A stretch of 64,000 nt of DNA from Gammaproteobacteria bacterium (GCA_965116495.1 OZ220696.1:3904001-3968000), one strand, 5' to 3'; numbered from the stretch's first letter, positions 20,113 through 29,964 are shown. Numbers and translations: made by a program. The notes: generated from the letters alone by a model not told the origin.

Positions 20113-20789
20113 TCCTGCATGTCCCCCTGCATGTCTTCCGGCGCTTCCTTGTCCCAGAGGTAGTAGAAACCGGGCTCGGTGCCCAGTTCCGCGTGCATCT
20201 GGAACCAGGTGTTCTCCGCCAGCAGTTCCGAGACGTTGCTGTCCTCATCTTCTATATCGCCGAAGCTCAGGGCATCGGCGATACAGGAATTCACACAACC
20301 CGGTGTGGCTTCGGGATCGATACCGGGGGTGAGGCCTTTTTCCACACCGGCATCCACCCGGTCGGAACAGAATGTGCATTTCTGCGCCACGCCCATGGTG
20401 CGTTCATCGAATTGAATCGCTTCGGTCTCGGTGGGGATATCGCCGTAGGCGAATTCCGGTTTATCCACCTTATAGCGGGCCTGGTAGGGGCAGGCCACGG
20501 TGCAGTAACTGCAGCCGATGCACAGGTCGTAATCGATGGTGACGATGCCATCCTCCCGTTGCGCCGTGGCGGTACTGGGGCAGACGTGCATGCAGGGCGG
20601 GTCCGCGCAATGCTGGCAGCCCACCGGCATGAACAGGCGTTGCACGTCGGGAAATTCGCCCCATTCGACGTCCAGCACCTTGCGCCATTGCACGCCCGGC
20701 GGGGTGGCGTTGGTGTGTTTGCAGGCGGCGGTGCAGGTCTGGCAGCCGACGCAGCGGTTAAGATCCGCAATCATGACATAGCGCGTCAT
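20109..20789 (-). CDS. padC: 4Fe-4S electron-transfer subunit (PadC/DmsB-like)
   Basis: CVGCQTC, CQHCADPPC..CP, CIGCSYC..CP, KCTFC..C..SC. Confidence 0.8.
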   Translation of the reverse strand: MTRYVMIADLNRCVGCQTCTAACKHTNATPPGVQWRKVLDVEWGEFPDVQRLFMPVGCQHCADPPCMHVCPSTATAQREDGIVTIDYDLCIGCSYCTVACPYQARYKVDKPEFAYGDIPTETEAIQFDERTMGVAQKCTFCSDRVDAGVEKGLTPGIDPEATPGCVNSCIADALSFGDIEDEDSNVSELLAENTWFQMHAELGTEPGFYYLWDKEAPEDMQGDMQE

Positions 20790-20860
20790 AGTCCAGCTCC
20801 CACAACCGCCATACCGGCAAAAGCCGGTATCCAGTTAGTTGGCAAAATACAATCAATCAT
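20786..20860 (-). other. 24-codon REP-derived bridging ORF MIDCILPTNWIPAFAGMAVVGAGL between padB and padC
   Basis: Starts in the padB ATGA and stops in the padC ATGA; flanked by a 15-bp duplication (20786-20800 / 20857-20871); contains a REP hairpin. Confidence 0.65.
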
Positions 20861-23604
20861 AGTCCTGCTCCTATCCGGGTTACATACACCTTGGTGCCGT
20901 CGATACTGGAACCGCCCCCATCCAGCGAGTCCACGTTCATGGGGACCAGGGCATTCAGCCCCGGCCGTTTCAGGTCTTTGGCAAACGGCATCTTCCACTG
21001 GCCGAACTGGGCTATCATCACCACCACGTCGGGCCGTACCCCCTGGCGCAGGCGGGCATACCCGCGGGTGGAATTTACCGGCGAGGTGACCTCGATGAGG
21101 TCGCCTTCCTCGATACCCATTTCCCTGGCCCTGCCGGCATTCATGACGACACCGTCGTGGCCGTAGACGTTGTCCGCCACTTCCTTTATCAGTTGGATGC
21201 CGACGTTACCGCCCCAGGCGTATTGCATGCTGCGCCCGGTCAACAGCCAGAACGGGTAGTCCGACGCCTTGACGTCGTGGTTGCGTTCGATGATCTCGTC
21301 CCAGAGTTTGTTCAGGTCCTTGGATTCGGGCAGGGGTTCGTATTCTTCCAGTTGCTTGTCCCACCAGTGCACCCCGGTCTCATGCAGGCGGTTGGCCAGT
21401 TGTTTGCCCATGCGGAAATAGCGTTCCTGGTACGGCAGTTCAAAACGCAGCCCCAGGTCCTCCAGCTTGTGGTACAGGTACCAGTTCAGGCGGGAGTAGG
21501 GGCGGGTCTTGAAACCGTTTTTCCTGAACCACTCCAGGTCCAGGATCTCCTTGCCCCCGGTCAGGTCATGGCTGGCGGCCTTGCTTACCGCGTTCCAGAT
21601 CTCATTCTGGGAGTGTTCCTTGTCCGGCTCCAGGGAGAAATCATAATCGTCGGTCTGCAGGGGGATGCCGCACACGCCGGCGTTGATCGCGCCGTTATAG
21701 GCTTCCAGCAAGCCGGTGCGCCGGGCCAGTTCATTGGCGATCCAGCTGAAGTCTTTCGCTTCGTGCAATGGCTCTATCACTGCCTGGCGCAGGGCCCAGC
21801 CTTCGGATTCCCAGTGGTTCTCCATGTAATGACCGCCGCCGATTCGGTGCAACTGGTCGCTCTCCAGGTCGGTCGCCTCCGGCATGATCACGTCGGCGAA
21901 GTGGTTAGTCTCATCCAGGGTGTAGGCGAACGCGGCGACAAAAGGAAACTCTGCCATCGCATCCCCCATCCTGTTTGTTTCGGAATGGGAAATGGCAGGG
22001 TTGCATTTATAGACAAACCAGATGTCGGGCGGGTTGGGTTTCGGCCAGCTCTCGGCCGCGCGTCCCTGTAACCGTAACCAGGCCAGGGTCGTGGAGCCGA
22101 ACAGTTGTGCGCCCATCTTGCTGCCGCCCATGGGAGTCAGGCTGTTGTGGGCATGGCGGGTAAAGGGATTGGCGTCCCAGCCTTCCTTGTCGGTCGGGGT
22201 AAACGTATGGGTCATGAAGCCGTCTTCCCCGGCTTCCACGGTCAGCGACCTTTCCCAGTCCGTATCGCCGGCCACGTGGGTGGTGCTGCCCAGCATGCCG
22301 CCGGACACCTCCAGCGCGCCCACCAGCACCTGCATCATGGTATGGGCCCAGACGCACTCGTACGCCCCCCAGCCGTTGTTGACCGACTTGCCCAGCACCG
22401 TCGCCACCGGACGGAACGGCAGTTCGCGCCCGTCCACTATCTCGGTCTCGCCGATATGGGCGTGGGCCAGGTATTCATTGGTGATGCGGCGGATGGTCGC
22501 GGCCGGGACTTCGGAAATCTCCGCAGCCCATTCCGGGGTTTTGTCGGCCAGCAGTTGCCGCGTTTTTTCCAGCCCGGTCGCGCCCTCGACGCGGTCGTAA
22601 CGCCAGATCTCCTCATCGGCGCCGACCTCGATTGCGCCGGTTACGGTAAACGTCCCGACCAGGGCCGGGTCCGCACCGGCCCAGTCGTAAGGCACGGCCC
22701 CGTTTGAGTTGTTGTCCCACAACAGCGGTTTTTTCGTTTCCGGGTCGCGCAGGTAGAAACCGTTGGGTCCCACCAAATAGGGGGATGCGGTGCGGTTCTT
22801 CAGGAATGGCACATCCAGCTTGTCGATGGGGGTCTCGTGCAGCAGCACGTGCAGCATGGAATACAGCACCGCGTTGTCGGTCTTGGTCTTGATGGGGATC
22901 CATTCCGCAGCGTTGGCACCGGTCACCGACAGGTGCGGTTCGAACTGTATGCGTTTCATGCCGCGCTTGCGCGCGTCGGCATGGCGCCGCACCCCGGTCA
23001 CGCCCCCGGAGGCGTCGATGTTCATGCCGAATGAAATAATGTACTCGCAGCGTGGCGTATCGGGCAGGATGGTAAAGGCCCGGTGCCAGAGTTCGCCGAA
23101 CATGTGCTCGGTGTGGTAACACTTGACCGTGCCGCCGGCGCCCAGGCTCTGGTCGAATGGACCCCAGGCGAACAGCAGGGCCGGGAAACTGCCCATGTAC
23201 TTGAACGGGGTGGCTGCGCCGCCGGTGGTGAAGGCCAGGCGCGGGTTGCCGTTCTCGTCCATGACGCCTTTGGCCCGGGTCGCGTTCATCTTCTGCGCGA
23301 CGATATCCAGGGCTTCGTCCCAACTTATCTCCACCCAGCCCGGCTCTTCGTGGCGGCCCTTGTTCGGGTTGGTGCGTTTCATGGGCCGTTTGATGCGGTC
23401 GGGATTATACAGTTTCTGCACCAGTCCGAAGGGCTTGACACAGACCTTGCCGTCGGCAGGGTGTTCCCCTTTCAGGTCGAAATTGGGCTCAATCTTGGTG
23501 GCTACACCGTCGACGGTTTCCACGGTCAGCAGGTCGGGACCGTTCACGCACTGGTAACAGTAGGTGGAAACCCGCTTTACTTCAGGTTCAACTTTGGCGT
23601 GCAT
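20857..23604 (-). CDS. padB: Molybdopterin oxidoreductase, phenylacetyl-CoA:acceptor oxidoreductase large-subunit-like
   Basis: TYCYQCVNGPD...CVK, KCYHTEH..GELWHRAF, PMKRTNP.KGR motifs recalled from PadB; no Tat signal. Confidence 0.75.
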   Translation of the reverse strand: MHAKVEPEVKRVSTYCYQCVNGPDLLTVETVDGVATKIEPNFDLKGEHPADGKVCVKPFGLVQKLYNPDRIKRPMKRTNPNKGRHEEPGWVEISWDEALDIVAQKMNATRAKGVMDENGNPRLAFTTGGAATPFKYMGSFPALLFAWGPFDQSLGAGGTVKCYHTEHMFGELWHRAFTILPDTPRCEYIISFGMNIDASGGVTGVRRHADARKRGMKRIQFEPHLSVTGANAAEWIPIKTKTDNAVLYSMLHVLLHETPIDKLDVPFLKNRTASPYLVGPNGFYLRDPETKKPLLWDNNSNGAVPYDWAGADPALVGTFTVTGAIEVGADEEIWRYDRVEGATGLEKTRQLLADKTPEWAAEISEVPAATIRRITNEYLAHAHIGETEIVDGRELPFRPVATVLGKSVNNGWGAYECVWAHTMMQVLVGALEVSGGMLGSTTHVAGDTDWERSLTVEAGEDGFMTHTFTPTDKEGWDANPFTRHAHNSLTPMGGSKMGAQLFGSTTLAWLRLQGRAAESWPKPNPPDIWFVYKCNPAISHSETNRMGDAMAEFPFVAAFAYTLDETNHFADVIMPEATDLESDQLHRIGGGHYMENHWESEGWALRQAVIEPLHEAKDFSWIANELARRTGLLEAYNGAINAGVCGIPLQTDDYDFSLEPDKEHSQNEIWNAVSKAASHDLTGGKEILDLEWFRKNGFKTRPYSRLNWYLYHKLEDLGLRFELPYQERYFRMGKQLANRLHETGVHWWDKQLEEYEPLPESKDLNKLWDEIIERNHDVKASDYPFWLLTGRSMQYAWGGNVGIQLIKEVADNVYGHDGVVMNAGRAREMGIEEGDLIEVTSPVNSTRGYARLRQGVRPDVVVMIAQFGQWKMPFAKDLKRPGLNALVPMNVDSLDGGGSSIDGTKVYVTRIGAGL

Positions 23605-23683
23605 CCTTCGTTCCCCCCTTAATCTCTTGACGTGGATAATCAGGATAAAGTTTAGTGGGTTTTATCCCCGCGTTCAATCATTG

Positions 23684-24091
23684 TCAAGAATTGACAACCG
23701 CCGTTGCGGTAATCTCGATCAGGAACTCCGGCATGGCCAGGGCCTGTATTCCCAGCAAGGTATTGGCCGGCACGTGCTCCGGGTCGAAATAGCGGCCCAT
23801 GGCCGCACCGATGGGCGGTATTTTGTCCGGGTTGTAGTCCACCACGTAAACATCCAGGCGCACCACGTCTTTCATGGTAGCACCCGCCGCGGCCAGGGTG
23901 GATTTTATGTTTTCCAGGGCCTGGGCCGTCTGCGCTTCCAGGTCGTCCCCGCCTACCAGGTTCATGTCCTTGTCCCAGGCAGTTTGCCCGGCGCAATGGA
24001 TGATCTTTGTCCCCGTGGAGACGACAACCTGGGAAAAACCGTATTGGGCGGAAGGCCAGACGTCGTCGGGTTGAATATGCTGGTTTGCCAT
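23684..24091 (-). CDS. RidA/YjgF/UK114 family protein
   Basis: GFSQVV, AGQTA, PANTLLGIQALA..LIEITATA. Confidence 0.85.
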   Translation of the reverse strand: MANQHIQPDDVWPSAQYGFSQVVVSTGTKIIHCAGQTAWDKDMNLVGGDDLEAQTAQALENIKSTLAAAGATMKDVVRLDVYVVDYNPDKIPPIGAAMGRYFDPEHVPANTLLGIQALAMPEFLIEITATAVVNS

Positions 24092-24191
24092 GTTTCACCT
24101 GTATAGTTGTGCAATTACAACGCTGTTGTAGAAAATGTTGCCATCAGATAATTATCATAGTATATTCGCATCGTTTACACGTAAGCTTTTT

Positions 24192-24210
24192 TATTGTATA
24201 AATTACAATA
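24192..24210. promoter_or_regulatory. Candidate operator palindrome in the divergent ridA/TBDR promoter
   Basis: TATTGTA-N5-TACAATA perfect 7-5-7 palindrome; regulator unknown. Confidence 0.35.
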
Positions 24211-24263
24211 GTCAATGCAATTTCAATATAACTTCAAATTTTAACGGATAGGTGGGGAAAATC

Positions 24264-26753
24264 ATGCTTCGTATTACTGTTATCGGCTCAGCCAGGGTGT
24301 TGAAACTCTCTTTAATCGCATTCCTGCTCAGCCCCGTCACGCTGGTATGGGCTCAGGGCAGCGCCCTTGAGGAAGTGATCGTTACCGCGCAGAAACGTGA
24401 GGAATCCATCCAGGACGTCGGCATCGCCATCACCGCGTTTTCCGGCGAGCAACTGGATGCCCTGGGTATCACTGACAGCACCGCTATCGCCGAGTTTACC
24501 CCGGGCGTGCACATTTCCGGCAACAACGCCGGCTATACGCAGCAGTTCACTATCCGCGGCGCCACCCAGAACGACTTCAACGACTTGGCCGAAGCACCGA
24601 ACGCGGTCTATATCGACGAAGCCTACCAGGCGGCCGGCCAGGCCCAGTTGTTCTCCCAGTTCGACATGGAGCGGGTGGAACTCCTGAAGGGCCCGCAGGG
24701 CACCCTGTTCGGCCGTAACGCAACCGGCGGACTGGTGCACTACCTCACCAGGAAACCGACGGACGAGTTTGAAGGCTATGGCGATATCCAGTACGGCCGT
24801 TTTGACACCATACGTTTCGAGGGGGCGGTCAGCGGTCCCCTGACCGAGGGTATCAAGGCCCGGGTCTCCGGCTTTTACCGTAGCAATGACCCGATGTTGA
24901 AGAATGTGTTCCAGCCCCAGGATGTCGCCCAGGGCGGCTACGGTCCATGGATAGGCAATACCGGCGGCCTGAATGGTTCAACGGACGGCCAGGCCGATAT
25001 GTGGGCGGAAGATTCCCATGCGATACGCGGCCAGTTATTGCTGGAGCCCAGCGATACGGTTGAGATACAGATGAAAGGCCAGTACGCCAAGCGCGTCACT
25101 ACATCCGGTCCCTACCAGAACGTCGCTACCATCAGTGAGGTCGATGCAAAGGGGCGGGTGGTAAATACCCTGTACTCCAACGCGACAACCAACCCCAACT
25201 CCTGCGAACAGTTGATTGTGGGCACCACCGACTGCATTCCCGGAGGGTCGCCGTTTGATCTGGATTTTAACGACACCAGACCGGCGCCGCATACGGACTT
25301 TTTCGGCTATCACGACCCGGACGGCTTGGAAGGGCTGACCATTTCCACGGACCATGCCCTTGATGACTATGATACGTACGAAATCTGGAGTGTGACCGGG
25401 AAAGTAACTATTGACTTTGATTTCGCTACCCTGGTGGCGGTGCTTAACTATTCCGACCAGGATAAAGATACCTCCCTGGATGTGGATTCCGGGCCCGGAC
25501 CGCAATTTATCGTGACCGGGGATTCGATCCTGGACTGGTATACCCAGGAGATACGGTTGGAAGGTGATACAGACAATTATCGTTGGATTTTCGGCACCTA
25601 TTACATGACCATCGACGGTGAGTTCTCCCAGAACCTGTCCGACACCATCGGCGGAATAAATACATTTGCTGCTCTTTTCGGCGGCCCACCGAAGTGGGGC
25701 GAGTTCTGGGATCTTTCATTTGATGCGTTCCTCAAGACCAAGTCCTTCTCCCTGTTCGGCCAGGTGGATTATGACCTGACCGACAAGTTGATGTTCTCCC
25801 TGGGCGGACGCGGCATCTGGGAGAAAAAGGATTACGAATTCAACAGCAACTTCTTCATCAATACCCGGGATGCGACAGTGGAAGGGCTGCGGAGCGGAGA
25901 CATACCGCTAGGTCCATCACCGTACCCCTACCACGAAGAAGAGACTGACGATTTTCTCTGGTCCGGCAGGGTCGGACTGCAGTATGCCCATAACGATGAC
26001 CTGATGCTCTATGCCAACTTCAACCGCGGCGTGAAAGCCGGGAGTTGCAACTCACCCTTGCTGACGTCCCTGGTACCGGATGAGTACTGTTACGATGAGG
26101 AGGTTTTGCTGGCCTACGAGGTGGGCTTCAAATCTACCGTGATGGACGGCAAGGCGAGGATTAATGGTTCCTTCTACTACTACGACTACTCCGATTACCA
26201 GGTGTTCCAGTTCATCGGCACCTCCGGCGCCGTGTTTAACGCCGATGCGAAGTACTACGGCGGCGAGGTGGAAATCTTTGCCAACCCTATCGATAACCTG
26301 GACGTGATACTGGGAATTGCCTATATAGACCCGACGGTGAAAGACGTAAGTGTCGCCAATTCGGGCGAACTCGATGGGAGCGGTAGGGTATTTCGCGACG
26401 TGGAACCGTCATTTACCCCGGAGGTACAGTTCAACGCTCTGGGCCGCTATACCTGGCCGTTGGCGGTGGGTGGCAGTGTGGTGGCGCAGGTGGATGGCAA
26501 CTATGCCTCGTCCGCATTCCACAATATCAACAATTTCGATACCCACTACATGCCCAGCTACTGGCGCGGCAACGCCAGCCTGTCCTGGTACAGTGCCGAC
26601 GAGCGCTGGGAAGTAACCGGGTTCATCGACAACTTCTCCGACACCCGCAACGTCAATATCGGCTTTGAACTGGCCGCAGTCTGTGGTTGCGACGAGCAGT
26701 CAGTCGGCTGGCCGCGTACTTACGGTGTCAAGCTGAGGTATAATTATTTCTAG
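24264..26753 (+). CDS. TonB-dependent receptor
   Basis: EEVIVTAQKREESIQDV, ERVELLKGPQGTLFG, C-terminal YNYF. Confidence 0.92.
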   Translation: MLRITVIGSARVLKLSLIAFLLSPVTLVWAQGSALEEVIVTAQKREESIQDVGIAITAFSGEQLDALGITDSTAIAEFTPGVHISGNNAGYTQQFTIRGATQNDFNDLAEAPNAVYIDEAYQAAGQAQLFSQFDMERVELLKGPQGTLFGRNATGGLVHYLTRKPTDEFEGYGDIQYGRFDTIRFEGAVSGPLTEGIKARVSGFYRSNDPMLKNVFQPQDVAQGGYGPWIGNTGGLNGSTDGQADMWAEDSHAIRGQLLLEPSDTVEIQMKGQYAKRVTTSGPYQNVATISEVDAKGRVVNTLYSNATTNPNSCEQLIVGTTDCIPGGSPFDLDFNDTRPAPHTDFFGYHDPDGLEGLTISTDHALDDYDTYEIWSVTGKVTIDFDFATLVAVLNYSDQDKDTSLDVDSGPGPQFIVTGDSILDWYTQEIRLEGDTDNYRWIFGTYYMTIDGEFSQNLSDTIGGINTFAALFGGPPKWGEFWDLSFDAFLKTKSFSLFGQVDYDLTDKLMFSLGGRGIWEKKDYEFNSNFFINTRDATVEGLRSGDIPLGPSPYPYHEEETDDFLWSGRVGLQYAHNDDLMLYANFNRGVKAGSCNSPLLTSLVPDEYCYDEEVLLAYEVGFKSTVMDGKARINGSFYYYDYSDYQVFQFIGTSGAVFNADAKYYGGEVEIFANPIDNLDVILGIAYIDPTVKDVSVANSGELDGSGRVFRDVEPSFTPEVQFNALGRYTWPLAVGGSVVAQVDGNYASSAFHNINNFDTHYMPSYWRGNASLSWYSADERWEVTGFIDNFSDTRNVNIGFELAAVCGCDEQSVGWPRTYGVKLRYNYF

Positions 26754-26761
26754 CAGGAACA

Positions 26762-26812
26762 GGGGACAGACCCCTGCTTACAACATGCAGGGGCATATTT
26801 AAATCTGTCCCC
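26762..26812. repeat. REP-like nested hairpin GGGGACAGA...TCTGTCCCC
   Basis: Terminal 9-bp inverted repeat with inner CCCCTGC/GCAGGGG; similar hairpins at 3103-3127 and 45481-45504. Confidence 0.5.
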
Positions 26813-26837
26813 CGGCCATTATAGAAAAAAACCGGGG

Positions 26838-27248
26838 TCATCCCCGGTTTTCGAATGGGTCCAATACGTCCACACCGAGTTGGGTGAAATCGTTGACGTT
26901 GCGGGTCACGACCGTCAGCCTGTGAATCACGGCTACCGCCGCGATCATGGCGTCTTCCATCAATGTATCTGTCCCCCGGTGTTTGAGCCGTGCCCATATT
27001 CGAAAGGCAGCCGCATCCATGGGCAATATGTTATAGGAAGTGAGCACCCTGCCAAGCCAGTCTTCCAGTTCTGCCGCCTTTGCGGAATCCTGTTCACGCG
27101 TCAGCTCGATACCTGCCTGGATCTCTCCAACAGTTACCGCGCAGAGGTAAAGCTGTTCGGGGGCTGCATCGGCGGTCCAGTTCAGGACTCCCTTATGTGG
27201 TCTGGGACGACGCAGTTCCGAAACGACGTTGGTGTCGAGAAGATACAC
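26838..27248 (-). CDS. vapC: VapC PIN-domain toxin
   Basis: YLLDTNVVSEL, TVGEIQAG, EDAMIAA, VVTRNVNDF. Confidence 0.9.
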   Translation of the reverse strand: MYLLDTNVVSELRRPRPHKGVLNWTADAAPEQLYLCAVTVGEIQAGIELTREQDSAKAAELEDWLGRVLTSYNILPMDAAAFRIWARLKHRGTDTLMEDAMIAAVAVIHRLTVVTRNVNDFTQLGVDVLDPFENRG

Positions 27249-27252
27249 CCGT

Positions 27253-27513
27253 TTACTCGAAGCTCGGCGATGTGCGGTGTCGGCGTTTCTCACGCGGCGG
27301 CGTCAAGGCGTCGGTCCTGGCTTCGGGTGCGAGCAGCAGTTCCTTGAGATCCGGTCTGGTCAATTGCTCCAATCGGCGCCACTGCTCGATCGGGACCAGC
27401 ACCGCCGCCTCCACGCCGCGTTTGGTTACGATTTGCGGCCCTTCGGCCAGGCTCGTCTCGAGGAGCTCGCTGAAGCGCGCCTTGGCGTCTTGTACTTGCC
27501 ATGTATTGTTCAT
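27253..27513 (-). CDS. Phd/YefM-family antitoxin
   Basis: WQVQDAKARFSELL, GPQIVTKRG; directly upstream of vapC. Confidence 0.9.
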   Translation of the reverse strand: MNNTWQVQDAKARFSELLETSLAEGPQIVTKRGVEAAVLVPIEQWRRLEQLTRPDLKELLLAPEARTDALTPPREKRRHRTSPSFE

Positions 27514-27542
27514 ATTTCCTCTAACATGTTTTAGTTTAATCT

Positions 27543-27562
27543 GACTAGACAGATAACTAGTC
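27543..27562. promoter_or_regulatory. TA autoregulatory operator candidate
   Basis: GACTAG-N8-CTAGTC palindrome 30 bp upstream of the antitoxin start. Confidence 0.55.
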
Positions 27563-27965
27563 CATATCAAAAAGTCAAGTTATATCAAAACGGGTCAACA
27601 GAAATCACCGTCAAATCAAAGGGGTAAATCGACGGGGTCAGACTCGATTGATCTTGTCAGAGGGGTCGGACCAACGTAACTCTCTGATTTTGCCATATAA
27701 AAGCCTGTTTATACCTCCGATTCAGGGCTTAGAATGCACTTTTGACGGTCAAAACAGTATGTTAAGACAGAGCGCGAGTAATTCAGGACATCCATAAATT
27801 TCCGGTCAACCTGCTTCCCAAAGGAAACTCTTCCTTAATTCTTAGACTGAATGTTCTCCCACCAGGAAATGTATCATGCCCCGGGAGCATGGAATTGAAT
27901 TTGATTTATCCAAACGCGTCTGTTAACTTCAGACGACATCAAACACGTAAAAGGAGACCGCCCTC

Positions 27966-28520
27966 ATGGACAATCAACTGCCTCAAGAACCCGCCACCCC
28001 CGAAGAGATCTGGGCCATTCTGCGAGAGGTATCCAAGACCCAAAAAGAAACCGCTCTGCAGATGAAGGAAACCGACCGCCGGTTGAAGAAGACGGAGGCG
28101 CTGTTTAACAGTCAATGGGGCAGGCTGGTAGAGAGTCTGGTGGAAGGCGACCTGGTTGCCTTGTTGCAGGGATACGGGATTGACGTGGAGTCGACGTCCC
28201 CCCGAGTCAAGGGACGCCGTAATGGTGAGCATTATGAATATGACATTCTGGCCGTTAACGGTGAGGAAGTGGTCGTGGTGGAAGTGAAGACCACCTTGCG
28301 GTCTGAGGATGTGACACATTTTCTGGGCAAGTTAGCCAAATTCACGGTACATCAACCGGTGTATAAGGGAAAGAAGATTTTCGGCGCCGTGGCATACCTG
28401 ACGGTGGATCATGATGTGGAGTTGTATGCGGAACGGCAGGGTTTGTTTGTCATCCGGGCCACCGGGAGCAGCGCCGGTATCATCAACCAGGCAGATTTCC
28501 AGCCTAGGGTATTCCACTGA
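27966..28520 (+). CDS. Coiled-coil + PD-(D/E)XK nuclease-like protein (DUF3782-like)
   Basis: QMKETDRR coiled coil, WGRLVE, EYDILAVNG, VVEVKTTL; AGGAG RBS. Confidence 0.7.
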   Translation: MDNQLPQEPATPEEIWAILREVSKTQKETALQMKETDRRLKKTEALFNSQWGRLVESLVEGDLVALLQGYGIDVESTSPRVKGRRNGEHYEYDILAVNGEEVVVVEVKTTLRSEDVTHFLGKLAKFTVHQPVYKGKKIFGAVAYLTVDHDVELYAERQGLFVIRATGSSAGIINQADFQPRVFH

Positions 28521-28546
28521 TTGACCAGTTTTCAGGTTATCCTGTT

Positions 28547-29743
28547 TTATGACAATGCCTTGAGCAATGCGCCATGCAGGTCCTCCCTGAGGTCTGCCAC
28601 GTCCTCGTGGCCGATGGACAGGCGGAGCAGGCCGGGTTCGATGCCGCTCCGGGCTTTCTCCTCATCCGTCAGCCGGTTGTGGGTGGTGGTGGCGGGGTGG
28701 GTAATGGTGCTCTTGCTGTCGCCGAGATTCGCGGTGATGGAGAACAGTTCGGTGTTGTCGATAAGCCGCCATGCCGTTTCTTTCCCGCCGTTGACGACGA
28801 AGCTGACGATGCCGCCGAAGTCCTTCTGCTGGCGCTGTGCCAGTTCGTGTTGCGGATGATCGGCAAGCCCCGGATAGTAAACCTTTTCTATTCCAGGCAG
28901 GCCTCGTAACCACTCGGCGATCTGCACAGCGTGGCGGCTGTGGGCCTGCATCCTCAGGCTCAGGGTTTCGAGCCCTTTCAGGAACACCCAGGCGTTGAAC
29001 GGGCTCATGGAGGGGCCGCCGTACTTGAGGACAGGGTATACGTTCTCTCCCAGTAGTTCATTACTGCCCAGCACACCGCCGCCGACGCAACGTCCCTGGC
29101 CGTCCAGGTATTTTGTCGCGGAATGGATAACGATGTCGGCCCCGTGCCGAAAAGGTTGCTGCAGGACGGGCGTACAGAAACAGTTGTCCACCACCAGCAA
29201 ACAGCCGTGGCGCCGGGCCATGTCGGCCAGACGCTGAATATCGGCAATTTCCGTCAAGGGATTGGAGGGGGTTTCGAGGTATAACAGCCGCGTTTTTGCG
29301 GTAATTGCGGCCTCCCAGGCGCCGTAGTCACTGAGCCCGACATAACTGGTCGCGATATCGAATTTACTGAGGATTTTATTGAACAGGTTCACTGTCGTAC
29401 CGAACACACTGTGGGAAGAGACGATATGATCGCCTGCTTGCAACAGGCCCAGGCACGTGCTCAGTATGGCGCCCATTCCGGAAGAAGTTGCAATACACCG
29501 CTCAGCGCCTTCCATCGCAGCCAGCCGCTCCTCGAAGATGCGCACCGTGGAATTGGTGAACCTGGAATAGATATTGCCCGGTTCTTCCTCGGCAAACCTG
29601 GCCGCGGCCTGGGCCGCGTCCCTGAATACGTAACTGGACGTCAGGAACAGCGGTTCACTGTGTTCGCCTTCCCCGGTAGGTTGCCGGCCGGCGCGCACTG
29701 CCAGGGTGTTCACCCCGTACCGATCAGGATCGATTTTAGCCAT
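28547..29743 (-). CDS. metZ: O-succinylhomoserine sulfhydrylase
   Basis: EHSEPLFLTSS, YSRFTN, VVDNCFCTP, HSATKYLDGQGR, ITANLGD, THPATTTH. Confidence 0.93.
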   Translation of the reverse strand: MAKIDPDRYGVNTLAVRAGRQPTGEGEHSEPLFLTSSYVFRDAAQAAARFAEEEPGNIYSRFTNSTVRIFEERLAAMEGAERCIATSSGMGAILSTCLGLLQAGDHIVSSHSVFGTTVNLFNKILSKFDIATSYVGLSDYGAWEAAITAKTRLLYLETPSNPLTEIADIQRLADMARRHGCLLVVDNCFCTPVLQQPFRHGADIVIHSATKYLDGQGRCVGGGVLGSNELLGENVYPVLKYGGPSMSPFNAWVFLKGLETLSLRMQAHSRHAVQIAEWLRGLPGIEKVYYPGLADHPQHELAQRQQKDFGGIVSFVVNGGKETAWRLIDNTELFSITANLGDSKSTITHPATTTHNRLTDEEKARSGIEPGLLRLSIGHEDVADLREDLHGALLKALS

Positions 29744-29869
29744 GTTACCTCCTCGACCCGTCTGTTTCCGGCAGTTCCACCGGAGAAAAACAGGTCTGAC
29801 AGTTGAAACAGCAAGAGACCACCTGTCGAAAGTACATGGCTGAGTGCGAGTTTTACTGGCGGAAGGCGC

Positions 29870-29905
29870 AAAAAAACCCGCATTCAGCTTGGACGCTAAA
29901 GCAGG
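29870..29905 (-). terminator. Riboswitch expression-platform terminator
   Basis: Minus strand CCUGCUUUAGC-GUCCAA-GCUGAAUGCGGG-UUUUUUU. Confidence 0.75.
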
Positions 29906-29911
29906 TTGGTT

Positions 29912-29964
29912 CTCTTTAGCCGTATTTATAATGCGCCCGCAAGCTGAATATCAAATCGGCGCAC
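29912..29964 (-). ncRNA. SAM-II riboswitch aptamer
   Basis: Minus strand GUGCGCCGAUUUGA...GCUUGCGGGCGCAUUAUAAAUACGGCUAAAGAG fits the SAM-II consensus; upstream of metZ. Confidence 0.85.
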
